The position numbers were made by a program, and so were the translations under genes. This document shows, piece by piece, positions 29,006 to 39,947 of a DNA stretch of 58,728 nucleotides. Source of the DNA: a virus (lineage: Duplodnaviria; Caudoviricetes). The notes beneath the pieces are model-generated. The model saw only the letters and a list, made by a program, of their open reading frames with translations. It was not told the origin of the DNA and made no database searches. Within the stretch, counting starts at the first letter, position 1. Each line of letters starts with the position of its first letter. Where the stretch lies: the IMG/VR virus record IMGVR_UViG_3300036760_000561, positions 1 to 58,728 of that record. One strand, 5' to 3'.

Positions 29006-30366
29006 TGTTCTTCCCCAACGTCAGTATCTTTTTCGTCACTAGCCTGTGGCGGGTTAACCGCTGATGGAAGGGGAGACTTGGACGAAGATACGGAGTCGGG
29101 CGGTGGAGTGCCCAAGGAACTCACTGCTTCACTGTCTTCTTTTGCGAGGGGCAATCCCCCGATCTTTCTCAAGTAGTCCTCAAGATCTTTGTCGGGGAAC
29201 AGTGGCATGCCCACCCCAGCCAGTGACGTAATGTACGCCGCCATTCTGGCGAGGTCAGGCGAGTCCACTTCTCCCGGCACTAACATCGGCATCGTCCCGG
29301 CGGGCAGAGCGTTGATCTTCCACATCCGTCTGATCAACTGACGATTGAACACGCCACTGATGATCTGTGCCCATGCCCACAGTACCTGACTGAACAGCTC
29401 AGTCTTGTCCTTGGAGAGCGCAAAGCTTCCGGTTGTCTGCTGCCCCAACATGATGAAGTCAGCCAAAATGGTAGAGGAGATGCGTTTGTCGTATCGATCG
29501 ATGATTGCAGTCATGTCACCACTCCGCCTACCATCTGCCATCACGTATTCAATTTGATACAGCTTTTCGTGACTCTCCGGGTGCACGTCGCTGGGGAGCA
29601 AGATGCCCCCTTGCCGGTCCGAGGCCAGATTGGTCACCAAGGTTTCGTAGGCCGCTTTGATTGCGGCATTGCTGGGATCTAGAATGATGGAACCGGGAAC
29701 CCGAACTGTCACCAACCCCGCCGCTCGAATGGCCGCTCGTCCCTCCGACTCCTCAATCACCTTCTTGCGGAGCCACGAGACGTATGATCCCCGTAGGATG
29801 CTGCGCCCCTCCGGGTTATTGAGCGAAGAGTCGGTTCGGAACAGCAACATCTTCTCCATCGGAATCAGAACGGCGGGGTTTTCCCAATCCATCTGCCACA
29901 TTCCTGTCGGATCGCCGTTGCCCGGATCGAATTCCCACCGCAACAGCGTTTCCTGTGATCTCAAAGCAATCTTGGCGGGAACCCACAACTCTTCTCGGTT
30001 GGCCCAGACGATCTCATGCGGAGCGAAACCGTAGGTGAACATCGTGCAGATGCTGCTAACCAATTCGGGGAAAGTGGGGTCCAGATTGACAAACAGAACA
30101 TCCTCCATCATCTCCTTTGCTTCGATAGCGTCAGGGGAGGAATCCGCCGCCTCGATTTGCCACTCGATGTTTCGCACCAGCATGGATACTGAGAAGATCA
30201 AAGCTGCCACCACCGGGTCATTGAGTGACATCTCGGTGTATGCCCTGACTCCTTGCAATCCTTGCAATTGCGGCAGGAAATCCGCCGAGACGTACCCCCC
30301 TATTTTACGTAACCCGGTCGTTCCCACTGAGGAGGTCAACGGAGTTTTGGTCTTCTTCGCGGCCAT
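29002..30366 (-). CDS. Portal protein (Mu gp29/DUF935-like)
   Basis: YGFAPHEIVW, NPEGRSILR, GSFALS; follows TerL. Confidence 0.9.
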   Translation of the reverse strand: MAAKKTKTPLTSSVGTTGLRKIGGYVSADFLPQLQGLQGVRAYTEMSLNDPVVAALIFSVSMLVRNIEWQIEAADSSPDAIEAKEMMEDVLFVNLDPTFPELVSSICTMFTYGFAPHEIVWANREELWVPAKIALRSQETLLRWEFDPGNGDPTGMWQMDWENPAVLIPMEKMLLFRTDSSLNNPEGRSILRGSYVSWLRKKVIEESEGRAAIRAAGLVTVRVPGSIILDPSNAAIKAAYETLVTNLASDRQGGILLPSDVHPESHEKLYQIEYVMADGRRSGDMTAIIDRYDKRISSTILADFIMLGQQTTGSFALSKDKTELFSQVLWAWAQIISGVFNRQLIRRMWKINALPAGTMPMLVPGEVDSPDLARMAAYITSLAGVGMPLFPDKDLEDYLRKIGGLPLAKEDSEAVSSLGTPPPDSVSSSKSPLPSAVNPPQASDEKDTDVGEEQ

Positions 30367-30378
30367 GGTTTCTGCTCC

Positions 30379-31719
30379 TTATCCGCCGAAGGGATTCATC
30401 AGCGGAACCCCCAGCGTGGGAATGATCGGAACCCGGGACTTCTCCGGAAAATCAAAAGCTGCGTAAACCAAAGAATCCCCATCATCCGTGGACCGGCCTA
30501 TCCGCACCTTGATGGAATCCTTACTCTCTATCTCAATCACCTTGCCCACGATACGATAGCGAGGAGCAGACAGATCTCCCACCAATCGTTCCGACACCTT
30601 ATTGGGTAGAGAAAATAAGCCCATTCGAATCTTTTCACGGAACTCCCACCACATCTGAGACCGGAGATTTTTGAATTGAAAGAAGGAACCAACTCGCTCC
30701 ACCGGGGACGCCCCCGATATCACTTCCCGCACCATCAGGCCGTCCCGCCTCAAGTTATCCACCACACCGGGGGGCATGGTGTCAATCCGGATTTCTTCAG
30801 GACTCACTTCAAAATCGGACGCTCGGACCTTGGTAATGTCGGCCACTCTGTCAGTCGGCAAACCGTGAAAGCTCTCCGAGGCGACCATGGCGTTGCCGTC
30901 CAGAAAAGTTAACACGGTATTGTCATCACCATATCGCGCCACGTCCACCCCCAATCGTCGTATCCCGGGTACTGGCTCCACATTCTGTGCGGCCCAAATC
31001 CACTCTGCTCGAATCAGCTGATCGGGGTCCTCCAGAAAGTTCCACAGCCCCTTGACAAATCGATCATACTCAGTTGGGGGCAGATTCTTGAGGGACTCTT
31101 TGTACTCCTCTGGAATGTACGGGTTATCGAGGATGGTGGCTTGTTGGAAGAAGTACCGAGGAGGTAGGGTACCCAACATGCTGGGATCGTAGAACACCTT
31201 CTTAGGCCATCGCCCCGTTGGGTTGACGGTATTGAGTACTAGAGGATGCGGCTGCTTACCCCCGGGAATGAGCCACGATCCCGCCCGTTCGATGGTCTTG
31301 TAGAAGGTCTTTTCCGAGATCTCATCACATTCTTCATTGAGGAACCCGTTCACTTCAAGACCGTGAAAGCGATTGAGCTCCGGGTCGTCTTTGATAGACT
31401 CGGGGAGAAAGATAATTCGAGATCCGTTGGTGCAGGTGGACTCCCAAGTACTCTTATTGATCTCACCGATGAAATCGTGGGGACGAATGCGGTCAAAAGT
31501 GGGGATGGTGTTACGTCGGAGAGTCGGCAGATCCTTTCTAACCACGGCCCATCGAGAGTTAGGAAAAATTCGAGACAGCAGAATGATGGCTCCTAACCCG
31601 CCATACGACTTACCACTGCGAATTCCCCCTCCGAATAGCAGATAGTAATAGTCACCGCTGAGTGCGGCTTCAATGAATCGAGTTTGCTTATCGGATGCCG
31701 CAAACTCGAATTCGTCCAT
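30379..31719 (-). CDS. terL: Terminase large subunit
   Basis: GGGIRSGKS Walker A; GVDVARYGDD and DDGDSL nuclease motifs. Confidence 0.92.
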   Translation of the reverse strand: MDEFEFAASDKQTRFIEAALSGDYYYLLFGGGIRSGKSYGGLGAIILLSRIFPNSRWAVVRKDLPTLRRNTIPTFDRIRPHDFIGEINKSTWESTCTNGSRIIFLPESIKDDPELNRFHGLEVNGFLNEECDEISEKTFYKTIERAGSWLIPGGKQPHPLVLNTVNPTGRWPKKVFYDPSMLGTLPPRYFFQQATILDNPYIPEEYKESLKNLPPTEYDRFVKGLWNFLEDPDQLIRAEWIWAAQNVEPVPGIRRLGVDVARYGDDNTVLTFLDGNAMVASESFHGLPTDRVADITKVRASDFEVSPEEIRIDTMPPGVVDNLRRDGLMVREVISGASPVERVGSFFQFKNLRSQMWWEFREKIRMGLFSLPNKVSERLVGDLSAPRYRIVGKVIEIESKDSIKVRIGRSTDDGDSLVYAAFDFPEKSRVPIIPTLGVPLMNPFGG

Positions 31720-32120
31720 TAGAATTCAATGACTCGACCGCCCACTTGCCACTTCTGCTTGGTCGTCACGGTCTGCTTGATGTCGATTTTCTGCCGGTAT
31801 TTCTTCGGCTTGTTGGCCTCCAGCAGTTTTACCAGCAGATAATCAGAACTGGCCTTAGCCCGTTTGATGGCAGTTTCCTCCAACGATTCAACCACTTCCA
31901 TCTGAGCCTCGACAAACATCTCCTTGAAGAAGGGGTCCGCCAGAATCCAGCGTCGGAATTCACTCCGAGTAATCCCGGAATCGCCACAGGCTGCAGACAC
32001 CGTGCCCCTCGCTTTGTACGCCAGCAAGAATGAACACTTCCTGAAATCAGCAACGGGTTGATGCGTTTCTTCTCTGAGTTCAGCGGCCAAAGGATGAAGA
32101 ATTAAAGCAGTTCCCGGCAT
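31719..32120 (-). CDS. terS: Terminase small subunit
   Basis: HTH, LEETAIKRA, SDYLLVKLLEANKPKKY; immediately upstream of TerL. Confidence 0.8.
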   Translation of the reverse strand: MPGTALILHPLAAELREETHQPVADFRKCSFLLAYKARGTVSAACGDSGITRSEFRRWILADPFFKEMFVEAQMEVVESLEETAIKRAKASSDYLLVKLLEANKPKKYRQKIDIKQTVTTKQKWQVGGRVIEF

Positions 32121-32134
32121 GAGGCAACCTTGTG

Positions 32135-32165
32135 TGAAAAGTTACAACATCAAACACGCCACAAG
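32135..32165 (-). promoter_or_regulatory. Putative late promoter motif (copy 2)
   Basis: CTTGTG...TTGATG-N5-ACTTTTCA upstream of terS. Confidence 0.5.
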
Positions 32166-34517
32166 AAAGATAATCACTACCCCCCTATGTTTAGAAGTTA
32201 CCGTCAACACTCGTTGCGCCCTCGCCCTCGTAATAGGCTCGACCCGTCGCGGGATCGTAGGCGTACCAATGGTGGCGTCCGTCCTGCGTCTCGCGGAAGA
32301 ATCGGTAGGGGTACGTCATGGGGCACCGTACCTGCTCCCCGTCGTAGGGACCGCCCCACATCTCGGCGTCCAGCCGCACCCGCTCGCTCACCCGTCCCCT
32401 CCTTCCCGGCCAGCTTGTCCCGCGCCATATTGATGCTCCGCATGAAAGGTTTCAGTCCGCAACCTGTTTACAATGTTCTCTTTGGTGAGCCGGACTGTAA
32501 TGCGTAGTACCTCGGTCACCCCAACCTCGGATACAGCCTCCATGAAACCCTCGGGCATGGCGTCCGGCAACTCCGGCTCATCCTCCACCGCTTTGATCGC
32601 CGCCGCCCGCAGCGCGTCCCGCTCCGCCGTGAGTTCCGCAATACATTGATCCGAAAGGTCTATCGCCAGCCGGTGAATGCGCTCCGCATTCTCCTGCTGC
32701 TCCGTGAGTTGTTGGAACGCCCAGCGAACGTGGGCCGACCCGATCAAAGGCGGCGGCGAGCCGGGCGGGCCGAAAATCGCAGCAAATCGGTCACACTCTC
32801 GAACCTCGATCAGCGCCGCATCCCGGTCCGCCGTGAGTTCTGTGATCCGCGCCTCGGCGGCGGTCAGGGCACCCCGGAGTTGATCCACGTCGGCCACATT
32901 CGCTACCCACTCGGCACTCATAATACCCGACCGCAACTGCTCCAACATGGAACGCAATCGGGCCAGCGGGTCCGAGGTTGGGGTGATCATACTCCCCCCC
33001 CCTTCCCGAACTGCGCGGCGTAGGCGGCACGCAGAGCCTCCGCGAGCGGATCATCCGCTGCTTCCGCAAATCGGTAATACTCTGTGTGCGTTTCCCCCTT
33101 CGCCTTCCAGTAGGCTTTCGCCGCCGCCTGCCACGCCGCCTCGCTCGGCTCCGGGACGGGGGGCGGGGAGCGGAGGGCGGCATGGAGAACGGTTGCCGCT
33201 GCTCGAAGGCGGCGCGGATCGTTTCCGAAGTCGTTGGCGTGAAGACAATCTCCATGTCGCAAGGCGTCCTGATACCCTTCGATCAAATCCGCCACGCCCT
33301 CAATGACCAGCAGCGCCTGCTCCGCCTCTCCCCCGGAGGGAGCCCCATGCACCGGGCATTGCGACGTGTCCCGCGTGGTCTGACCCCCAGCGGTCCATGT
33401 CGAGCAGCCGCACCCGGCTGGTGAATGGAGGGCAGCGACCAGATTAGGGTAACGAAAACGGAAGCTCATGGCTGCGTTCCCTCCGCTCGGGCGGCGTCCA
33501 AACACCGTTGACCTAACGCGCTGGCAAAGTAGCATGACATCGGGAAATCGTCCCACTCGGCACATCCGCAGCCCTCGCCACACGGTGCGAGGACTTCACG
33601 GGATTCCAGCAACCCACACTCGACCAGCATATCCTGAGCATCGCCGCCGTCAATGTCGCACGGGCCATGCTTCCGGTGCGTCTCAATAAACTGTCCGGCG
33701 AATCGTTCCAACCGTTCCGCATCCCGGTCCCGCGCCGAGAGCGCCAAACGGATGGCGGACTCCAACGCGGTGCGAGCGGTACGCGCAGCGCCCTCGGCGT
33801 GTTCGACATCCGACGCTGGCGTGAGGGGGCGGTAATCCAGCCGGGCAAACTCACGCTCCGCAAAGCCGTAGCGATCAACCAGCGCCATGATCTCCTCCGG
33901 CAGCGGCGCGGGCTCCACGGGGGGAGGGATCATCGCTTAAACTCCGAGGGTAGCCCACGCTGTTGCGCCCACGCCTCGTCAACTGCAACCTCTTCGCCGG
34001 GTGGAATATGACCTACGGTTTCTTCCGCCGCCTCATCGTGGGTATAACGACCGGCTTCCATCAGTACGCTGGTATAACCCGCCCGATTGGGCCGCCACCA
34101 TTGGTAATGCTCCCAACTCCAAATCAAGTACCGTCTCTCACTCATGGCTGCGCTCCCTCCTGTCGCAGAATCAGTAGACCCAGTATTCCACAGACCACGC
34201 CACCGAGGATGCCGACGAACTGAAAGAACGGCGTGGCCTGTCCCGGCCAGACGGCGAGCCAGAGCGCACCACCGAAGCCCCCGACGATACCGCCCTGTCC
34301 CGCGCCACGCCGGGCGCCGCGCCAGAACGCACTCACGCCACTCATGTCGCCTCCTTCCCCGACTCAGTGGCCTCGCGTTTCAGTTGGTCGAGGGCGTCGG
34401 CAGTATGCGGGCGGCCCTCGTTGTCGATTGCGCCACCGAGTGAAACGCAGTCGCGCAGCACCGCAACTGGCAGAGTTGCAACGTTGACCAACGTGCGAAC
34501 GACCTGCCCGAACAGTT

Positions 34518-34898
34518 TCATGTGTCCTCCGGGGACGGGGCGGGCTTGACGACGGTGCGTGTGCCGCCCGTCCCATGTTCAAACGACATCCCAAGCGCCT
34601 GTTCCGCGTCGTGGCTGGGCGGAAAGTCCACCGGCTCATGGGTCGCCGCGAAGATGGCCGGTTTACAGGGGTAGAACTCCCCCGCCACACCTCGAATGAT
34701 CCAGTCCCCGATGGACGCCATGAGTGGCCCTTCGAGCGTGAAAATCTTGAGGCCGCTACGGTGAACCACTTCCACGTATTCATCCCACGACCATTTGTCC
34801 GCAGAGCGGTGCAGCCAGGTGAAGTCGATGACTTCCCGCAGGTTGTCGCCCGTCCACTGCACCGCTTCGATCACCACCGGCTTCTTGCGAAATTTCAT
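34518..34898 (-). CDS. Conserved phage protein (KKPVVIEAVQW...EFYPCKP family)
   Basis: Recognisable widespread motif. Confidence 0.8.
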   Translation of the reverse strand: MKFRKKPVVIEAVQWTGDNLREVIDFTWLHRSADKWSWDEYVEVVHRSGLKIFTLEGPLMASIGDWIIRGVAGEFYPCKPAIFAATHEPVDFPPSHDAEQALGMSFEHGTGGTRTVVKPAPSPEDT

Positions 34899-35897
34899 GT
34901 CGTCCCCTTCCTCGGCTCCCCGATGTCCACCAACGCGGAAAGCGGAAATACGGCCTCCAACGCGGCGCGGGCGACAGCAACATCGCAGTTCCCCTGCGTC
35001 ACCCCGTATCGAGTGGCACGGTTTACCAGCGCGTCAATCAGCGCCCCAATCTCCTCTGGCGGCGGCAGGGGCGCGGTGTCCTCGCCGGTCCCGACCGAGT
35101 GGGTGAGGTAGTGATGGGTCGGGTCCGTGGTGGAGGCGATCATAAGACCGAGCACACTGTCGTCAACATCGCGGGTGGGCACAACCGTTTCGACGATGGC
35201 ATCCCCATTGCCGCGCCTGAGTGTCAACCGAGTCCAGCCCCATGGGTCGTCGTATCGGTGAAGGTGCGCGGTGTCGTTGGTATCCATCACCGCCTCCTCC
35301 GGGTGAAAGCGCCACTCACCAACGCGATGCTCGAATTGGCCCCCGCCTACTTCTTCTATCGAACGCATCCATTGGAATCCGAGAATCCGTCTCACAGTCC
35401 CTCCTTCGTGGCTTCCGCGATCAGTTGGACGACGCAGCCGGGGCACTCGATTCCAGCGGTCGGGGCAATCGGCGTTCGGCTCATACTCCCTCCTCTCTCA
35501 TGCGCTGGAACTTCTCATCCTCGGCTGCGGAACGTAACCCATCGCCATGCTCGCGGGCTTCTGCGTCCAGCGTGTCCTGCGTCACCGGGAAGCAATGCAA
35601 CTCGGAGCAGCATATAATGGTTGCTCCACCGGGATATCGACGCCCACAATACGGGCATTGCACGAGGTCAGTCATGTAGCCTCTTTCGTGCCGGGTCGGA
35701 GACGTGCAGGGTGTCCAGCCGCTCGACGTGCATGCTTTCGAATGAGCTGCTGAATTCTTCGCCATGTTCGACTCGACTGCTTCCCGATAAACCGCGCAAT
35801 ACGTGGGGTACGTAACGCCCCCTCGTGATACTCCTTGGCCACAAGTAACTGAGCCAACGTCGGATGTTTGAGACTCATACGATCCCCCAGCGTGTGA

Positions 35898-36098
35898 TCA
35901 TCGACTTGGATATTTCTCGGTTTTGAGCAGTTTGGCCACACTCACCGCCGAGATATTCCAACCCCATCGGTTGTGGAAGATCCCACGGCGCACATAACGC
36001 CCTAACTCCCAACGTGCTGCAAGTGTTTTGTTCATGCACAAGCGCTGCACTTGGCGTTTCCCTACCTTCAGTTTGTTGGCTACTTCTGCGGTGGTCAT
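35898..36098 (-). CDS. Excisionase-like HTH DNA-binding protein
   Basis: MTTAEVANKLKVGKRQVQRLC. Confidence 0.6.
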   Translation of the reverse strand: MTTAEVANKLKVGKRQVQRLCMNKTLAARWELGRYVRRGIFHNRWGWNISAVSVAKLLKTEKYPSR

Positions 36099-36680
36099 CC
36101 GTGGCCATGCCCTTTCTGGTGGACTCGTACAGCGAGTCGGTTTGCCTTCTCGGATGCAATTGGCTTCTTGGCACTCGCATGTCGTTGCACAATCTCCCGC
36201 ATCGTGTCCTCGACCTTTTCCTTCCTAAACCGCTTCCTGAAATCCACTGATCTTCGACTCATGCATCCCTCCGGGTTAATGCGTTGCAATGTGTGCAGCC
36301 ATCCAGCGCCAGCGCCTATACCCGGACAAAGTAGAGGGGGGCCGGATAGAACACGCCGGGCAAACTATGGAAAGGCCCCACCCTTTACCGGTCTTTCGAC
36401 TGGAAAAGTAGTGCCCCCACCCGGGCGGTAAAAGCTCGTTCAGGAATGCCGAGGCGCTGGGCATAGGCTTGAAGCCATCCTTCGATCCGACCAAAGGCGT
36501 AGGCTTCTTGAGCTTCGGTCCCCAGATTCCCATGTGTTTGCTCCCCTTTTTTCACGGAGTGAGGTTTTTTGTGAGCCCGTCGAGCTTTGACCGACGCCCG
36601 GATATTTGCCAGCATCTTTTCCCGGTTTTTGGGTAACTGCGTCCAGTGTTTTTTCATCATCCTCTTGCGGGTTAACGAAA

Positions 36681-37196
36681 TCACGCTGTAGGTTTTCCTT
36701 TAAGAGCTGCCCGGTGTTTGATCCTCATAACCGTAACTGCCGAAATGCCAAACTCTCTGGCGATGGCCCGATAAGGTCTCGGGTCCATGGCGATGTCGTT
36801 GTGGTTGCGATGGGTCAGGGTTGCTAATCCTCGTCTTTCTCGTTTCCCCATAATCGAGTCTTCTGCGGCACCCAGCTTGGGGAGGTGGACTTTGCTAACC
36901 CAAGAGATGAACTGGTTCACCTTGGCCACTCTGGCACGAAGGACCGGAATTGAGACCCCAATCGAGTCGGCCACATCCGCCAAGGATCGCTCCCCCTTCC
37001 TAACCTGAATCCAGTTCTTCAACTGAGTTTCCCGCCAGTACGAGCTCCCGAAGTACCCCGGCCCTCGTTTGCTGCCCTTCACTCCGATAGGCCCATCTGG
37101 CCCCACGGAGGGGTCAAGGAGGTCTATGGCCTCTTGGACCGACCGCTCTCCGGGTATGATCCGATCTAGAAACTCCGAGCCTACGAGAAAAGCCAC
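36681..37196 (-). CDS. Double-HTH DNA-binding protein
   Basis: SLADVADSIGVS and YRAIAREFGISAVTVMRIK. Confidence 0.6.
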   Translation of the reverse strand: MAFLVGSEFLDRIIPGERSVQEAIDLLDPSVGPDGPIGVKGSKRGPGYFGSSYWRETQLKNWIQVRKGERSLADVADSIGVSIPVLRARVAKVNQFISWVSKVHLPKLGAAEDSIMGKRERRGLATLTHRNHNDIAMDPRPYRAIAREFGISAVTVMRIKHRAALKGKPTA

Positions 37197-37224
37197 GTTA
37201 CTTTACCTTTCTAGGATATTTTAA

Positions 37225-37253
37225 AAGAAACAGCCGAGAGCCCCCGGGCGCAA
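37225..37253 (-). promoter_or_regulatory. Putative promoter TTGCGC-N17-TTTCTT
   Basis: Upstream of the 37196 start; same hexamers as 39638-39666. Confidence 0.6.
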
Positions 37254-37309
37254 GTATCGGGTTGACGGAGCAAAGTAGGGGAAATGCCCCTAACCCGGGC
37301 ATAACACGT

Positions 37310-37365
37310 TAGGGCAAAGTAAGTAGGGCAAAGTAAGTAGGGCAAAGTAAGTAGGGCAAAGTAGG
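37310..37365 (+). repeat. 4 tandem copies of 14-bp TAGGGCAAAGTAAG
   Basis: Three exact copies plus one with 1 mismatch; non-coding region. Confidence 0.95.
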
Positions 37366-37562
37366 TAGGGGGATGGGTCCCAGCCCCAGCGGCGAGGGGT
37401 ATTTTACCTACCTTTCCTCCCCCCGTTTCTCCGGGCTGAGAGTGACGCACACTACTCTCCCGGACCCCTTTGGGGGGTCCTGGAGATACGTATGCGTCAT
37501 TTCAGTATCCAGCCTATTAACAGGAAACAAACCAGAAATGTACCTAACCCGGGTAATGCTTT

Positions 37563-37688
37563 GGACATACCCCTCGTTACAGGGATACTGCTAACCCAAT
37601 GACGCTCTATAAGTATTCAAATACCTCTCGCGGGTTAGGTCGGCTTTTCCTGCCCCTTTTGAATAGGGGGACATACCCCTTGTTACAG
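37563..37688 (+). repeat. 20-bp direct repeat GGACATACCCCTYGTTACAG (37563-37582, 37669-37688)
   Basis: 1 mismatch between copies. Confidence 0.85.
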
Positions 37689-37837
37689 TATAGTGGCCTA
37701 GACCGCCGAGAAAAGAGCAGATACATAGTGGGGTATGACCGGGTTATGTGAGATACCCTCTCACACTATATCAACATTATATAGTATGTCCCTATCGTTT
37801 CTTCGAATTTCCTGCTGCTACTTAATGGCAGGTATGT

Positions 37838-39435
37838 CTATACCCCTATGAAACGCCCCTCTCTGCCGTCGTCTTCCGTCAGTGCAAACGCAAGAGTAGG
37901 GGAATCAGGGTGGAACTGGGAGTGCCCCACTGTCACGAAGGGTAGCCCACATGAGGCACAGATCGTTCCTCCGTCTGGTCCGACCACCGGCAGGAACAGG
38001 CCGGACTGGACACAGGGATGATCGGCTGGCATGTTCCGCACCCTGAGCCATGTGATTGCGGCGGGAGTGCCGGGAGTGGGGCAGGGTATTCGGGTTATAC
38101 TCCTTCCAAGGCTTCCAAAGCCAACTCAGCCTCGACCACCCGGCGATACTGGTCAGTGGCGTCCCCGATCCCGCACAACGAGGCCAGAGCCGTTTGCCCG
38201 CGTTCCGGGTAGACTACACAGCACTCGACCATCTTGGGCTCTTCGTCCCCGTCCCACGGCATCTCATCGAGGGACCAGACGAACCGAAGACCAAGATCGA
38301 CAGCCCGCTCTTCGGCTTGAGCCAGCATCCGGGCGCACTTGAGTTTCCCGGGAGGGGAAGCGTACCCAGCGTGATCACAAAAGAACTGGACCGCCTTCCG
38401 GAGCCGATTCTTGCGATAGGCTGTTCGGGTCATGCGACCACCACCCAATCCATGATGGTTCTCAGCAGGTGATCGTAGTCGCCGCTCATCGCCTCGGTCA
38501 TGAACCGCTTGGTCTCCTCCGGGGAAGCTCCCGCCTCCTTCAGCGCTCGATTGACTCGCCCAAGCAGAGCGAAGGAGTTGCCATCCATCCCGACCAGCTT
38601 GACCTTCACAGGGTACTCAGGCATTTGGTGTGATCTCCTCAAGTTGGGGCACCGTAGTGCCGGGGGGCAGGGTCCGTTCGCACTCGAAACAGGCGGTGCC
38701 GAACGGCTTGAATCGGGGAGCGAACATCACGAACCGAACCCCGTCACCGCGTCCGCAGAACACGCAGCGCGGGCGCATCTCAGGCTCGGGGAGTCTCCGT
38801 CGCCGGGTCATGGCGTCTCCTCTCCTGTTGGGATGGAGGCCTCGACCACGTGAGCCTCGTCGTGATCGATGCCGATGTTGAGCTTCAAGCTGGGAATTCG
38901 ATCGGTGGCATTGAACAACATCCGCTCAGCCCGGGCCAAGGCTATGGCGGTGGACTCACCCCGGCGCATCTCGATGGTCCCCTCAAACACGCCGCAGAAG
39001 CTGATCATGGTCATAGTGTCTCCTTTTCGGTGAGGGGCCGATGCTCGACATGCTCGCTACCGTCCCTCCCGCCAGTGGCGAAAAGGTGACAGCTCTTGCA
39101 GGTTGGAACCAGATGGAGGACAACGTGAGGAGTGAGCCCGGTTGCCGGATTCCGGCAGTTCGCGAACCACTCGCATCTGGGGGCCTTCTTGATCTTCGCA
39201 GCCATCACAGCACCTCCACTTGGGTGCCCGGGGCGATTGCCACCACCGGGATGCTCTGGACGAACTTGACCTTCTTGATCTGTCCTTTGACCATCGCCTC
39301 GAATTCGTAGGTCTTGGCCTCGCCGTCGTACCGGACCCGAACCGCTGTCTCCGAAGGTTGAACCACCACCCCGGTGAGGGGTCTCCCGGCCACCCGGAAC
39401 CGGGTCCCCGCTCCTAAGGTCCCCAAGCTCGTCAT
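37838..39435 (-). other. Leftward early operon of small hypothetical genes (incl. 38095-38433, 38430-38624, 38617-38811, 38808-39014, 39011-39208, 39205-39435)
   Basis: Coupled ORFs with RBS; 38430-38624 has a DGNSFALLGRV...SGDYDHLL motif. Confidence 0.6.
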
Positions 39436-39486
39436 CTGGTCCATCCTCTCATTGGGGTCTCTTTCCGTCGCACCGCCCACAATTGA

Positions 39487-39515
39487 AAGAAAATACATCG
39501 GGGCTCTCCTGTCAA
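39487..39515 (-). promoter_or_regulatory. Putative promoter TTGACA-N17-TTTCTT
   Basis: Leftward member of a divergent pair. Confidence 0.65.
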
Positions 39516-39637
39516 GTATCCAGTTGACGGGGCCTCGGGGGGGGGGGTACATGGGAGGCCACCCGGGAGGGGGCAGTATACCCTCGGGGGGGGGGAGTAC
39601 CCCTTTCCCTCCTGTCAGGTAGGGGTTTGCCGGGGGA

Positions 39638-39666
39638 TTGCGCACCGGCAACTCCTGTATTTTCTT
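39638..39666 (+). promoter_or_regulatory. Putative promoter TTGCGC-N17-TTTCTT
   Basis: Rightward member; shares TGTATTTTCTTTC with the leftward promoter. Confidence 0.65.
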
Positions 39667-39710
39667 TCCAGTGTAGGCGGTGCGACGAGACCCCAACCGG
39701 GAGGGACCAG

Positions 39711-39947
39711 ATGACCTCGACTCAAGAGATGGTCGCGACGGATCAGGAGGCAAGACAGGCCGCGATGATCGCGGTACTCAATGAGGTGGCTCAACCGAGA
39801 AAGACCAAAAAACTCCCTTCAATCAAGTCGATTCAGCGGATGATGGACAGCGGTTACTGCAGGGCTACCGATGGTTGCGTGGTCGAACCCGATGGTGCCT
39901 GCCCCCATGGCAAACCGTCATGGGCTCTCGAACTGGGAATGATCTGA
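39711..39947 (+). CDS. Small Cys/His phage protein
   Basis: DGCVVEPDGACPHGKPSW motif; RBS. Confidence 0.7.
   Translation: MTSTQEMVATDQEARQAAMIAVLNEVAQPRKTKKLPSIKSIQRMMDSGYCRATDGCVVEPDGACPHGKPSWALELGMI

Larger units (their letters stand above)
32191..36684 (-). other. Run of small, translationally coupled hypothetical genes (e.g. 32388-32990, 32987-33469, 33466-33933, 33930-34145, 34142-34345, 36385-36684)
   Basis: Consecutive ATGA/GTGA overlaps with GGAG-type RBS. Confidence 0.6.

Noticed and set aside
35898-36098. Excisionase implying a prophage
   Set aside because: No integrase, att site or host flanking genes seen; more likely a generic HTH
37310-37365. CRISPR array
   Set aside because: 14-bp units are directly tandem with no spacers; no cas operon (the Cas4-like gene sits in a recombination module)
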